DNA of 55,119 nucleotides from a bacterium (GTDB lineage Bacteria; Chrysiogenota; Deferribacteres; Deferribacterales; Flexistipitaceae): contig JASMTO010000047.1 of assembly GCA_041694215.1 (NCBI GenBank), forward strand, positions 1 through 55,119, read 5' to 3'. Position numbers and translations under genes: made by a program. This document shows positions 1 to 8,817 of the stretch, piece after piece. Under the pieces are notes generated by a model. The model was given only the letters and a program-made list of their open reading frames with translations, ran no database searches and was not told the origin of the DNA. How positions within the stretch are numbered: the first letter of the stretch is position 1; each line of letters begins with the position of its first letter.

Positions 1-53
1 ATTATATATGTTTCCATACAAATACTCAATGGTTCTATTTTTGTAAGGTAAAT

Positions 54-86
54 TTGTTACAAAGTTGTTAAAATTATGTAAATTAA
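54..86. promoter_or_regulatory. three TGTWAM direct repeats at 11-bp periodicity (possible OmpR/PhoB-family operator)
   Basis: TGTTAC 55-60, TGTTAA 66-71, TGTAAA 77-82, upstream of a putative promoter. Confidence 0.3.
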
Positions 87-122
87 ATATTAAAAATCTA
101 TCATTTATTTTTTTTTTATTTA

Positions 123-150
123 TTGAACTCTTGTAAAAATCATATATCAT
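123..150 (+). promoter_or_regulatory. putative sigma70 promoter
   Basis: TTGAAC (123-128), 16-nt spacer, TATCAT (145-150); GAGG RBS before ATG 184. Confidence 0.4.
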
Positions 151-183
151 CGTAGGTAGCAAAATATAAAAGAGAGGTAGTAT

Positions 184-1137
184 ATGAAAGTTTTTAAAAT
201 TTTCTTTGCAGGGTTGTTATGTCTATTTTTTGCATCAGCTGTAATGGCACAGAAGAATGATGATGTTGCTGCTGTTGTGGGAAACAAAAAAATCTACATA
301 AGTGAAGTTAATGCCATTCTGCAAAATGTAATGAGGCAAAACGGTATTTCTGAAGGGCAAATAGATATAAATTCTCCTCAGCTGGACAAAGTGCGGAAAT
401 CTATTGTGGAAAATCTGGTCAATAGAGAGCTTTTACTGCTAGCATCATCTGAAAATAAACCTGAGAATCTGGATGAGCTTGTTAAAACTGAGATTACAGA
501 TATCAAATCCCAATTTGAAACAGAAGAGCAGTACCAACAAGCTCTACAGCAAAATCAAATGGATGAGAAAAAGCTTATTGAGCAGCTAAAGAAAAATATA
601 TTACTGGATAAATATGTAAACAATATTCAGCAGGGTATCACAGTTAGTGAGAGTGAAAAGAAGACATATTACGAAAACAATAAAAGCAATTTCCATCAGA
701 AAGAGCAGGTAAAGGTATCGCATATAATAATACTGACAGGTGAAAACGCAAACTATGATAATCCGGAAGAAAAAATCAACGAAATCTATGAGAAGATAAA
801 AAAGGGAGTATCTTTTAGAGAACTGGCCAAAGAATACTCAGAAGATGGAAGCGCGCAAAACGGAGGTAATTTAGGTTATATAAAGAGAGGGGCAACAGTT
901 GCTTCCTTTGAGGACGTTGCCTTTTCCACAAAAGTTGGCGAAGTTAGCAAGCCCTTTAAATCCAAATTTGGATATCATATTCTTAAAGTTGAAGATAAAA
1001 AAGAAGAAAAACAATTGTCATTTGATGAAGTTGAAAATGAGGTGGAACAGATATTAGTGGATGAAAAAGCAAAAAACAAGCTTAATGAAAAACTGCAGGA
1101 ATTAAAGCAAAAATATGACGTACAGATAAACATATAG
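184..1137 (+). CDS. PpiC/parvulin-type peptidyl-prolyl isomerase, SurA/PrsA-like foldase
   Basis: Signal peptide, SurA-like N domain, parvulin motifs VSHIII, FRELAKEYSED, GGNLG, SKFGYHILKV. Confidence 0.9.
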   Translation: MKVFKIFFAGLLCLFFASAVMAQKNDDVAAVVGNKKIYISEVNAILQNVMRQNGISEGQIDINSPQLDKVRKSIVENLVNRELLLLASSENKPENLDELVKTEITDIKSQFETEEQYQQALQQNQMDEKKLIEQLKKNILLDKYVNNIQQGITVSESEKKTYYENNKSNFHQKEQVKVSHIIILTGENANYDNPEEKINEIYEKIKKGVSFRELAKEYSEDGSAQNGGNLGYIKRGATVASFEDVAFSTKVGEVSKPFKSKFGYHILKVEDKKEEKQLSFDEVENEVEQILVDEKAKNKLNEKLQELKQKYDVQINI

Positions 1138-1145
1138 CATAAATG

Positions 1146-1175
1146 TTACCACCTACACTTACGAAGTGTAGGTGG
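1146..1175 (+). repeat. REP-like hairpin, left copy (TTA + 12-bp stem CCACCTACACTT / ACG / AAGTGTAGGTGG)
   Basis: Perfect 12-bp palindrome at 1149-1175; inverted copy at 2763-2792 is 28/30 identical. Confidence 0.9.
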
Positions 1176-1178
1176 GGG

Positions 1179-2708
1179 CTATTTGACTTTTTCCCAGGCA
1201 ATATTTGAGATGTTTCGTTCGGCTGTGTCGAATTCTATACCAATTAGATAAATGGGTTTGTTCTCACTTAAATATTTTTCATGGTAGTTTTTGGACTTGA
1301 TTTGGGATAAAGCGTCCCTTCCATCTGTTTTAAATTCTATTACATATATCGCATTGGGCAGATTCAGCGTTAAATCTATCCGACCCTTGTTGGTAACATC
1401 TTCAGCTATGATTTTGATACCGAGAGCCTTTAAATATGCATAAAACACACTTACATAATAACCTTCGTATTCATGCATCCTGTTATTCGTAAATAAGTTA
1501 TACGGAATAGAGGCAAAAAGTGCTTTAATATTCTGTTCTAATTTATCAAAATCAAAGCTAACCAATGCACTATAAATATTTTCCTGCTCCAACTCGCTTT
1601 GGTAATTTTTTGTTATATAGTTTGCAATATGACTGAATAGAGATATCTGAACCTCTCTGTTAGGCAGTGCCAACCTATATTTTAGTCCCTTTGCACCTTC
1701 AAAATATTCGCTTATTGTCAGGTACCCCGTCTGCCACATCAAGGTCTCAAGCCTTATATTATCCACATCAAAGCTGTCTAAAAGTGTACTGTCTGCCACT
1801 ATATTTTCAAGGTTGGGTAGGAAATATTGATTCTTTTCTATTAATTTTAGTAAAAATGTGGGCGTGGCTGTGGAAAACCAGTAATTGTCATATACAAAAC
1901 CTTTTTGTATAAAAAGCAGTATATCAAATGGATTGTAAACACTATCTCCCAGCCAGCTGTAGCCATTATACCACTCCCGGATCTTATCAAAATCCTGACC
2001 CCTTAGATGCTCAGCAAATGACGTCTCTAAATCATTTTGAGTATAGCCGCATATCGTGGCATAATTTTTATCAACTGTAATATCATTCAAATTATTTAAT
2101 CCGCTGAATAGCGATACCTTACTAAACTTACTTACCCCTGTTAAAAATGCAAACCTGATATATTCATCAGCCCCCTTGATTACACTGTAGAAATTCTTCA
2201 GCTCTTCCCGCATCTCTTTCGCTATTTCTGTATTTTCAATATTGTCAAGTATAGGCTTGTCATACTCATCAATTAAAATGACAACCTGCTTGCCATAATG
2301 CTCGTATGCTTTGATTATCAGGTCTTCAAAACAAAACGAGGGATATTTCGTCTCGGAGCATGATATGCCCAGATTTTTTTCGTTTAATTTAAGTATCTTA
2401 AACATTGAGTCCGTAAGGGTCTCTTTGTAAGTGAACTTACCGTCGTTAAAGCTTATGCGGATTACAGGATGCTTGTCAAAATCGTATTTGTCATAAATAT
2501 AAAGACCTTTAAAGAGCTCTTTGTTGCCATAAAATATCTCTTTTAGCGTATCAAGAAATAGCGATTTGCCGAATCGTCTGGGGCGGCTGAGGAAGTAATA
2601 TTTGCCTTCACTGATCAGCTTTAAAGCATGAAAGGTTTTATCAACGTATACGTAGCCGCCGTCAATAATATCCCGTAAAGTAGATATGCCAATAGGTAAT
2701 TTTTTCAT
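1179..2708 (-). CDS. AAA-ATPase-like protein with C-terminal PD-(D/E)xK nuclease domain (509 aa)
   Basis: Family-typical start MKKLPIGIST at 2708; Walker A SRPRRFGKS; Walker B LIDEYDKP; C-terminal GRIDL...VIEFK. Confidence 0.9.
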   Translation of the reverse strand: MKKLPIGISTLRDIIDGGYVYVDKTFHALKLISEGKYYFLSRPRRFGKSLFLDTLKEIFYGNKELFKGLYIYDKYDFDKHPVIRISFNDGKFTYKETLTDSMFKILKLNEKNLGISCSETKYPSFCFEDLIIKAYEHYGKQVVILIDEYDKPILDNIENTEIAKEMREELKNFYSVIKGADEYIRFAFLTGVSKFSKVSLFSGLNNLNDITVDKNYATICGYTQNDLETSFAEHLRGQDFDKIREWYNGYSWLGDSVYNPFDILLFIQKGFVYDNYWFSTATPTFLLKLIEKNQYFLPNLENIVADSTLLDSFDVDNIRLETLMWQTGYLTISEYFEGAKGLKYRLALPNREVQISLFSHIANYITKNYQSELEQENIYSALVSFDFDKLEQNIKALFASIPYNLFTNNRMHEYEGYYVSVFYAYLKALGIKIIAEDVTNKGRIDLTLNLPNAIYVIEFKTDGRDALSQIKSKNYHEKYLSENKPIYLIGIEFDTAERNISNIAWEKVK

Positions 2709-2743
2709 AATGAAAATATATTCTATAACATCCGTAAATTCAA
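2709..2743 (-). promoter_or_regulatory. putative leaderless sigma70 promoter of the AAA/PD-(D/E)xK gene
   Basis: Minus strand TTGAAT (2743-2738), N17, TATATT (2720-2715), N6, ATG (2708); no Shine-Dalgarno. Confidence 0.55.
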
Positions 2744-2762
2744 TAGCAGAGTTAGCTTCTCT

Positions 2763-2792
2763 CCGCCTACACTTCGTAAGTGTAGGCGGTAA
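2763..2792 (-). repeat. REP-like hairpin, right (inverted) copy
   Basis: CCGCCTACACTT CGT AAGTGTAGGCGG TAA; reverse complement matches 1146-1175 except one compensatory A-T/G-C pair. Confidence 0.9.
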
Positions 2793-2922
2793 AACGATGT
2801 TTTTTTTATAATGGATTAAGGGCAAAAAAAAACATTTTTTAGCTTGACTTAACCATTGTGATAGATTAATTACTAGCAGATAACACTGTTTTTTAATATC
2901 GAACATTTTGGAGGTTTGGATT

Positions 2923-4041
2923 ATGAGATCGTTTATAACAATTTTAGCTGTACCTGTTGTTTTTGCTGCACTTAGCATATCCGTTTTTGCTGCTGATACT
3001 ATTAAGCTGGGGGTTGCTGGTGCGCATTCAGGTGACTTGGCATCCTACGGTATTCCCACACTGAGGGCAACACGATTCGTTGTGGATGAATATAACAAGA
3101 ATGGTGGTATTGATGGAAAGAAAATCGAGCTACTTGCAGAGGATGATGAATGTAAGCCGGAAAAGGCTGTCAATGCTGCAACTAAGCTAATGTCACAGAA
3201 TGTTGATGCTGTTATTGGTCATATATGTAGTGGTGCCACAAAAGCTGCACTTTCCATCTATCTTTCCCAGATGATTCCTATCATTTCCCCTTCTGCAACC
3301 AACCCAGATCTTACACAGAGTGGAGATTATCCTATCTTTTTCAGGACAATTGCTCCTGATGATGCTCAGGCTAGACTTGAGGTGGATTTTGCCGTTAACG
3401 AGCTGGGGCTTAAGAATATTGCGGTGATTCACGATAAAGGTGATTATGGTAAAGGCTTAGCTGAATATGCCAGAGATTTTTTAGAAGAGATAGATAGCGT
3501 TAATGTGGTTCTTTTTGAAGGTGTTACACCCGGAGCTCTCGATTATTCAGCCATCGTTCAGAAAATTAAAAACTCTAACGCTGATGGTGTAATTTTTGGT
3601 GGTTATCATCCTGAAGCTTCAAAAATTGTGTCTCAAATGAGAAAGAAGAAAATGGACATACCTTTTATCTCTGATGACGGTGTAAAGGACGATACATTTA
3701 TAAAAGTTGCCGGTAAATATGCTGAAGGTGTCTATGCAACCGGTCCCAAAGATGTTTCCAGTAATCCGATGGCAAAAGAAGCGGAGAGGAAACATATGGA
3801 AAAATATGGTGAGCAGTCCGGTGCATTTTATCTTAACGGTTATGCTGCAGCTCAAGCTATATTGAAAGCTATAGACAATGCTGATTCCACTGATCCAGAA
3901 AAAATTATGGAAGCGTTGAGAACCAATTATGTGGAAACTACTCTTGGTAAAATTAAATTTGATGAAAAAGGTGATGCAATTGGTGTCGGCTTTTCTGTTT
4001 ATCAGGTACAGAACGGTGAGTACGTAGAGTTGGATTACTAA
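2923..4041 (+). CDS. livJ: branched-chain amino acid ABC transporter substrate-binding protein
   Basis: GGAGG RBS before ATG 2923; signal peptide; DDECKP, GHICSG, FFRT, DYGKG motifs; livHMGF follow. Confidence 0.9.
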   Translation: MRSFITILAVPVVFAALSISVFAADTIKLGVAGAHSGDLASYGIPTLRATRFVVDEYNKNGGIDGKKIELLAEDDECKPEKAVNAATKLMSQNVDAVIGHICSGATKAALSIYLSQMIPIISPSATNPDLTQSGDYPIFFRTIAPDDAQARLEVDFAVNELGLKNIAVIHDKGDYGKGLAEYARDFLEEIDSVNVVLFEGVTPGALDYSAIVQKIKNSNADGVIFGGYHPEASKIVSQMRKKKMDIPFISDDGVKDDTFIKVAGKYAEGVYATGPKDVSSNPMAKEAERKHMEKYGEQSGAFYLNGYAAAQAILKAIDNADSTDPEKIMEALRTNYVETTLGKIKFDEKGDAIGVGFSVYQVQNGEYVELDY

Positions 4042-4058
4042 AAATTCAATAATTTCTG

Positions 4059-4085
4059 CCGGGCTTTTTAGCCCGGTTTTATTTT
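4059..4085 (+). terminator. stem-loop with T tract after livJ (partial terminator or mRNA stabiliser)
   Basis: CCGGGCT-TTTT-AGCCCGG followed by TTTTATTTT. Confidence 0.65.
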
Positions 4086-4113
4086 AAGCAACTGAATACA
4101 AGGGGATTTCATA

Positions 4114-5016
4114 ATGGAATATTTTTTTCAGCTATTTTTTGCAGGCCTTACCAAGGGCAGTATTTATGCATTGATAGCTCTCGGATATACTATGGTTTAC
4201 GGTATTATTCAACTTATTAACTTTGCCCATGGAGAAATTTACATGATTGGGGCTTTTACCGCCCTTATTGTGGCAGGGGTTTTATCTGTTTTTAATTTAC
4301 CGGTTGCCGCCATCTTTGTCATTGTTACTCTTGTAGCCATACTTTATTCTTCTGCGTACGGTTATACCATTGAAAAAATCGCATATAAACCTTTGAGGAA
4401 TGCACCAAGGCTTTCCGCTCTGATAAGTGCAATCGGTATGTCGATATTTCTGCAAAATTATGTTTTGTTGGCACAGACATCTGATTTTCTGCCGTTTCCT
4501 TCTCTGATAAAAGAATTTGAATTTTTACGTCCCTATAATCATATTCTATCTTCATCCGGGCTTGTAATAATAGTATCAACTTTTATTGCTATGGTATTGC
4601 TGTCTTTATACATTAAATTTACCCGCATGGGTAAAGCGATGAGAGCTACCGCTCAGGATAAAAAAATGGCTCTTTTACTTGGCATTAATGTTGACAGAGT
4701 AATCTCAACCACTTTTGTTGTTGGGTCTGCTCTTGCTGCCCTCGGTGGCGTTTTGATCGCCAATCACATTGGCCAGATAAATTTCTTTATCGGCTTTATT
4801 GCAGGTATTAAAGCTTTTACAGCTGCTGTTCTTGGAGGTATAGGCAGCATACCGGGTGCTGTATTAGGGGCATTGATACTCGGGTGGACAGAAAGTTTTT
4901 CCACAGGATACATTTCAAGTGATTATCAGGATGTTTTTGCTTTTATTCTTCTGGTGGTAATTCTTATTTTTAAACCTAGTGGAATATTGGGTAAAAAGAC
5001 GGATCAGAAGGTGTAG
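4114..5016 (+). CDS. livH: branched-chain amino acid ABC permease
   Basis: GSIYALIALGYTMVYGII.LINFAHGE; GKAMRA; AAVLGGIGS. Confidence 0.93.
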   Translation: MEYFFQLFFAGLTKGSIYALIALGYTMVYGIIQLINFAHGEIYMIGAFTALIVAGVLSVFNLPVAAIFVIVTLVAILYSSAYGYTIEKIAYKPLRNAPRLSALISAIGMSIFLQNYVLLAQTSDFLPFPSLIKEFEFLRPYNHILSSSGLVIIVSTFIAMVLLSLYIKFTRMGKAMRATAQDKKMALLLGINVDRVISTTFVVGSALAALGGVLIANHIGQINFFIGFIAGIKAFTAAVLGGIGSIPGAVLGALILGWTESFSTGYISSDYQDVFAFILLVVILIFKPSGILGKKTDQKV

Positions 5017-5018
5017 AA

Positions 5019-6254
5019 ATGTTTTCTGAAATAAAAAAGTCACTGCTGGTCTCTGTTTGGTTTATGTTTCTGACTTTTCCCATTATGGTGGTTAAAGTAA
5101 ACACAATCGAAAATACTATTATTTGGAGATGGGAAAACCTTGTATTAGTTGGCTTTGGATCGTTTTTTCTTTCTTTTTTATGGCGCTTTATGCACAATAA
5201 AAAAGCTACTAAAAGAAGGCAGGATTATAAAGATGCATTATCAAAAATCTTTTACGACAATCTGATAGAAAATAAAAAGGTTTTTGTCCCTATAATTATA
5301 GCTTTAATAATATTTATTTTGCTGTTTCCAAAGTTATTTTCGACATATCAGGTTACAATTATGACGACAGCTCTTATTTATATAGTGTTGGGATTGGGAC
5401 TTAATGTTGTTGTTGGTTTTGCTGGTTTGCTTGATTTGGGATATGTGGCGTTTTATGCAGTTGGTGCCTATACGTATGCTCTTCTTAATTTTAATTATGA
5501 TATAAGCTTTTGGGTTGCATTACCTCTTGCTGGTGCACTCGGGGCATTGGCAGGTATTTTACTAGGTTTTCCTGTACTAAGGCTTAGAGGTGACTATCTT
5601 GCCATCGTTACACTCGGGTTTGGTGAAATAATACGTTTGGTTTTGGAGAACTGGGGTGAGGTTACCCATGGTCCCAGCGGTATAGCAGGCATAGAAAGAC
5701 CCAACTTTGGCTTTGATTTAAGTATAGTGGGCAGTATTAATGCAATATACTATTTTGTATTTTTATTCGTACTTGTTACAATATTTTTTACAAATCGCCT
5801 CCAGAATTCCCGAATAGGAAGAGCATGGGTTGCCTTGAGAGAGGATGAAATAGCGTGCCAGGCAATGGGTGTGGATAAAACAAAAACAAAACTTTCTGCT
5901 TTTGCATTCGGAGCTACATGGGCTGGATTTATGGGTGCAGTTTTTGCAGCCAAGACCACGTTTATCAACCCGGCTAGCTTTACTTTCCTGGAATCAGCCA
6001 TAATTCTCTCCATTGTTGTTTTAGGGGGTATGGGCAGTATTCCGGGAGTTATTCTAGGAGCACTTATTTTGATACTTCTGCCCGAATATCTCAGGGCTTT
6101 TTCTGAGTACAGAATGTTAATTTTCGGTGGCGCAATGGTTCTTATGATGGTTTTCAGACCTCAGGGTCTGATTAAAAGTAAACGAAGACGTTACAATTTT
6201 GAGTCCATGTCCAAAAAGCAGTTAAAGGAGAGGCAAAATGCAGCCTCTTCTTGA
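5019..6254 (+). CDS. livM: branched-chain amino acid ABC permease
   Basis: GLLDLGYVAFYAVGAY; LRLRGDYLAIVTLGFGEI; GRAWVALREDE. Confidence 0.93.
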   Translation: MFSEIKKSLLVSVWFMFLTFPIMVVKVNTIENTIIWRWENLVLVGFGSFFLSFLWRFMHNKKATKRRQDYKDALSKIFYDNLIENKKVFVPIIIALIIFILLFPKLFSTYQVTIMTTALIYIVLGLGLNVVVGFAGLLDLGYVAFYAVGAYTYALLNFNYDISFWVALPLAGALGALAGILLGFPVLRLRGDYLAIVTLGFGEIIRLVLENWGEVTHGPSGIAGIERPNFGFDLSIVGSINAIYYFVFLFVLVTIFFTNRLQNSRIGRAWVALREDEIACQAMGVDKTKTKLSAFAFGATWAGFMGAVFAAKTTFINPASFTFLESAIILSIVVLGGMGSIPGVILGALILILLPEYLRAFSEYRMLIFGGAMVLMMVFRPQGLIKSKRRRYNFESMSKKQLKERQNAASS

Positions 6255-7026
6255 AATAAACGGGTTAACGATGGATTTTGGTGGATTGAGAGCGGTTGAT
6301 AATATTGATTTTAATATTTATTCAAAAGAAATCGTTGCCCTCATAGGTCCCAACGGTGCAGGCAAAACTACGTTCTTTAACTGCGTGACCGGTATGTACA
6401 AACCCACCAGTGGGGACATTTATGTATATGCAGACGGAGATAATAGAAAACGTGTAAATGGTCTTAAACCTAACAAAGTTACCGAATTGGGGCTTGCAAG
6501 AACATTTCAGAATATCAGGCTTTTTAAAGGGATGACGGTTCTTGAAAATGTTATGATAGGTAGGCACTGCAGAACCCATGCAAATATTTTTGCTGCCCTA
6601 ATGAGAACAAAACGTATAGTCCGGGAAGAGTATGAGTCAGCCTCATATAGTTATCACATTCTTGAAAGAGTTGGCCTGCATGCGTTTGCTAATGAGATTG
6701 CTGAAAATTTGCCATACGGGGCTCAAAGAAAACTCGAAATTGCCCGGGCACTTGCTACGGAACCTAATATTTTACTCCTGGATGAGCCTGCTGCCGGACT
6801 CAATCCACAGGAGACGGAGAACTTGATTGATATCATAAAGATGCTGCGTGATGAAGAAAATATTTCTGTTTTGCTTATAGAGCATGATATGGGTATGGTA
6901 ATGAAAATTTCTGAAAGGATTACAGTAATGGATTATGGCAAAAAGATTGCTGAAGGTACTCCTGATGAAATAAAAGAAAACCCGGATGTAATAAAAGCTT
7001 ATCTTGGAGAAGATGTCGATGCTTAG
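6238..7026 (+). CDS. livG: branched-chain amino acid ABC ATP-binding protein
   Basis: GPNGAGKTT; ARTFQNIRLF; LPYG signature; LLLDEPAAG; IEHDM. Confidence 0.93.
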   Translation: MQPLLEINGLTMDFGGLRAVDNIDFNIYSKEIVALIGPNGAGKTTFFNCVTGMYKPTSGDIYVYADGDNRKRVNGLKPNKVTELGLARTFQNIRLFKGMTVLENVMIGRHCRTHANIFAALMRTKRIVREEYESASYSYHILERVGLHAFANEIAENLPYGAQRKLEIARALATEPNILLLDEPAAGLNPQETENLIDIIKMLRDEENISVLLIEHDMGMVMKISERITVMDYGKKIAEGTPDEIKENPDVIKAYLGEDVDA

Positions 7027-7729
7027 GCTTAACAATGTCAATGCATTTTACGGAAATATACAGGCTTTGCATGATGTGAGTCTTGAAGTAGAAGAGGGGG
7101 AAATTGTAGCACTTCTCGGTGCAAACGGTGCCGGGAAAACCACCACACTCATGGCAATCAGTGGGATAGTGCCTCCACAGACCGGTGAAATTTTTTATAA
7201 CAAAACGCCCCTTCATTTGATGCAACCTGATGAAATTGTAAAATTGGGAATTTGTCAGGTACCTGAAGGTAGGCATATTTTCCCTCATCTCTCGGTAAGT
7301 GAAAATATTGATCTGGGAGCTTTTCTTAGACGCGACAAAGAGCAAATAAAAAAGGATATTGAATATGTGTATTATTTATTCCCACAGCTGGCTGAGCGGA
7401 AACATCAGTTAGGTGAAACCCTTAGCGGTGGAGAGCAGCAAATGCTGGCAATATCACGGGCACTTATGGCAAGGCCAAGGGTACTTTTACTGGATGAGCC
7501 CTCATTGGGTCTAGCACCTATTATTGTGAGACAGATTTTTGATATTATCAAACAAATTAACAATGAAAGTAAAACGACAATATTGTTGGTGGAGCAGAAT
7601 GCTAACCTTGCCCTGAAAATTGCACACAGAGGCTACGTTATGGAAACTGGTAAAATTAGGTTGTTTGGGGATGCAAAAGATCTACTCAATAATGATGACA
7701 TAAAAAAAGCATATCTTGGCGGTGTCTAA
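7019..7729 (+). CDS. livF: branched-chain amino acid ABC ATP-binding protein
   Basis: GANGAGKTT; VPEGR; LSGGEQQM; LLDEPSLGL; start chosen by RBS spacing (7013 is an alternative). Confidence 0.92.
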   Translation: MLRLNNVNAFYGNIQALHDVSLEVEEGEIVALLGANGAGKTTTLMAISGIVPPQTGEIFYNKTPLHLMQPDEIVKLGICQVPEGRHIFPHLSVSENIDLGAFLRRDKEQIKKDIEYVYYLFPQLAERKHQLGETLSGGEQQMLAISRALMARPRVLLLDEPSLGLAPIIVRQIFDIIKQINNESKTTILLVEQNANLALKIAHRGYVMETGKIRLFGDAKDLLNNDDIKKAYLGGV

Positions 7730-8640
7730 TTTAGTTTGCAGTCCGTTACTTCTCCTTTACTGTTTGTCTTGATTTGCAGTACGAAAACCTTATGATTTTG
7801 TTTATCAAATATATTTTTGTTAAACATAAACTTCAGATCGAAAATTTCAAAGTTGTATTCCCTTCTAGCTTTTACAATTACCGGATAATCCACAAGCCAG
7901 AGATATGTTTTTAACAATTTACTGTTAAAATTGCAAAGTGATTCTTTTTTATCAAATTTTTTATAACGTGTAAATGCTGCCAGATCTATTTTTTCGTATA
8001 TTTTGACATCCTTTACTGCATATTTCTCATTGTCCTCAACTATCACTTTCCAATAAAGAGGTGTTAAAGCGGTTGTGGTTACTATTACTTTATTATCCGT
8101 AAATTTTGATGCATTAAATTTTACAAAAGATTTAATGCCAACGTTAGCAAGGGGATAAAAAAAGAGAAAAGTGACGGTAATTATTGCCGTTTTACGACCT
8201 TTTAGTATAAGAGTAAAAACTAGTAACATTATAAGTGTTAATGTATAAATGGGATCAATGATGAAGACCGTTGACAGGGCAAATCTGTGTCTGCTGAAAG
8301 GAGCAAGCAGCTGGGTTCCGTAGCTGGTAATATAATCCAGATATATGTGGGTATACATAATTGAAACACCGATGATTGTAGAAAACATAAAATTTTTTTT
8401 AACAGTGTTTTTTAATATAAAAGCAGCCAAAATTCCCAGTAACAATCCGCCCCATATTGAATGAGTAAAGCCTCTGTGATAGAGTAAATATTCAGCGTTG
8501 GTGCTGAAAAAATATGCTGCACTATCGATATCAGGTGCTAACGCTAAACCGCCGAAAATCAATGCAGTTTTTGTTGTTAACTTGCATTTGAAAACCTTTG
8601 CCAGCACGAGCCCACTTACAGAATGTGTCACCGGATCCAT
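7726..8640 (-). CDS. membrane-bound metal-dependent hydrolase (YdjM/YfhP-like)
   Basis: MDPVTH start with AAGGAAGG RBS; PDID, HRGFTHS, HIYLD..TSYGT, IIDP motifs; stop overlaps the livF stop. Confidence 0.85.
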   Translation of the reverse strand: MDPVTHSVSGLVLAKVFKCKLTTKTALIFGGLALAPDIDSAAYFFSTNAEYLLYHRGFTHSIWGGLLLGILAAFILKNTVKKNFMFSTIIGVSIMYTHIYLDYITSYGTQLLAPFSRHRFALSTVFIIDPIYTLTLIMLLVFTLILKGRKTAIITVTFLFFYPLANVGIKSFVKFNASKFTDNKVIVTTTALTPLYWKVIVEDNEKYAVKDVKIYEKIDLAAFTRYKKFDKKESLCNFNSKLLKTYLWLVDYPVIVKARREYNFEIFDLKFMFNKNIFDKQNHKVFVLQIKTNSKGEVTDCKLN

Positions 8641-8754
8641 TTTAGCCTTCCTTATCAATTTTAATAGTACATGAAAATTGATAAAATCCAACATTTTTAA
8701 TCGTATTCTTAATAATGAATCAGCAAAAAAATGTTATAAATTGAAAAATTGCCA

Positions 8755-8783
8755 TTGACTGTTCATTTTTTTGAAATTAGTAT
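8755..8783 (+). promoter_or_regulatory. putative sigma70 promoter for pruA
   Basis: TTGACT, N17, TAGTAT; GGAGG RBS before ATG 8818. Confidence 0.5.
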
Positions 8784-8817
8784 TATATTGAAGTACAAAA
8801 TATCAGGGAGGTGAATT

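Noticed and set aside
1-17. Possible start of a minus-strand gene at the window edge (CAT at 15-17)
   Set aside because: Only five codons are visible and there is no clear RBS, so it cannot be supported.
1149-1175. Hairpin read as a simple bidirectional intrinsic terminator
   Set aside because: There is no U tract on either strand, and a near-identical inverted copy sits in a divergent intergenic region; a secondary termination role is still possible.
2709-2978. 90-aa N-terminal extension of the AAA ORF in the ORF track
   Set aside because: It overlaps the livJ start and the hairpin; the family-typical start MKKLPIG with a promoter directly upstream is at 2708.
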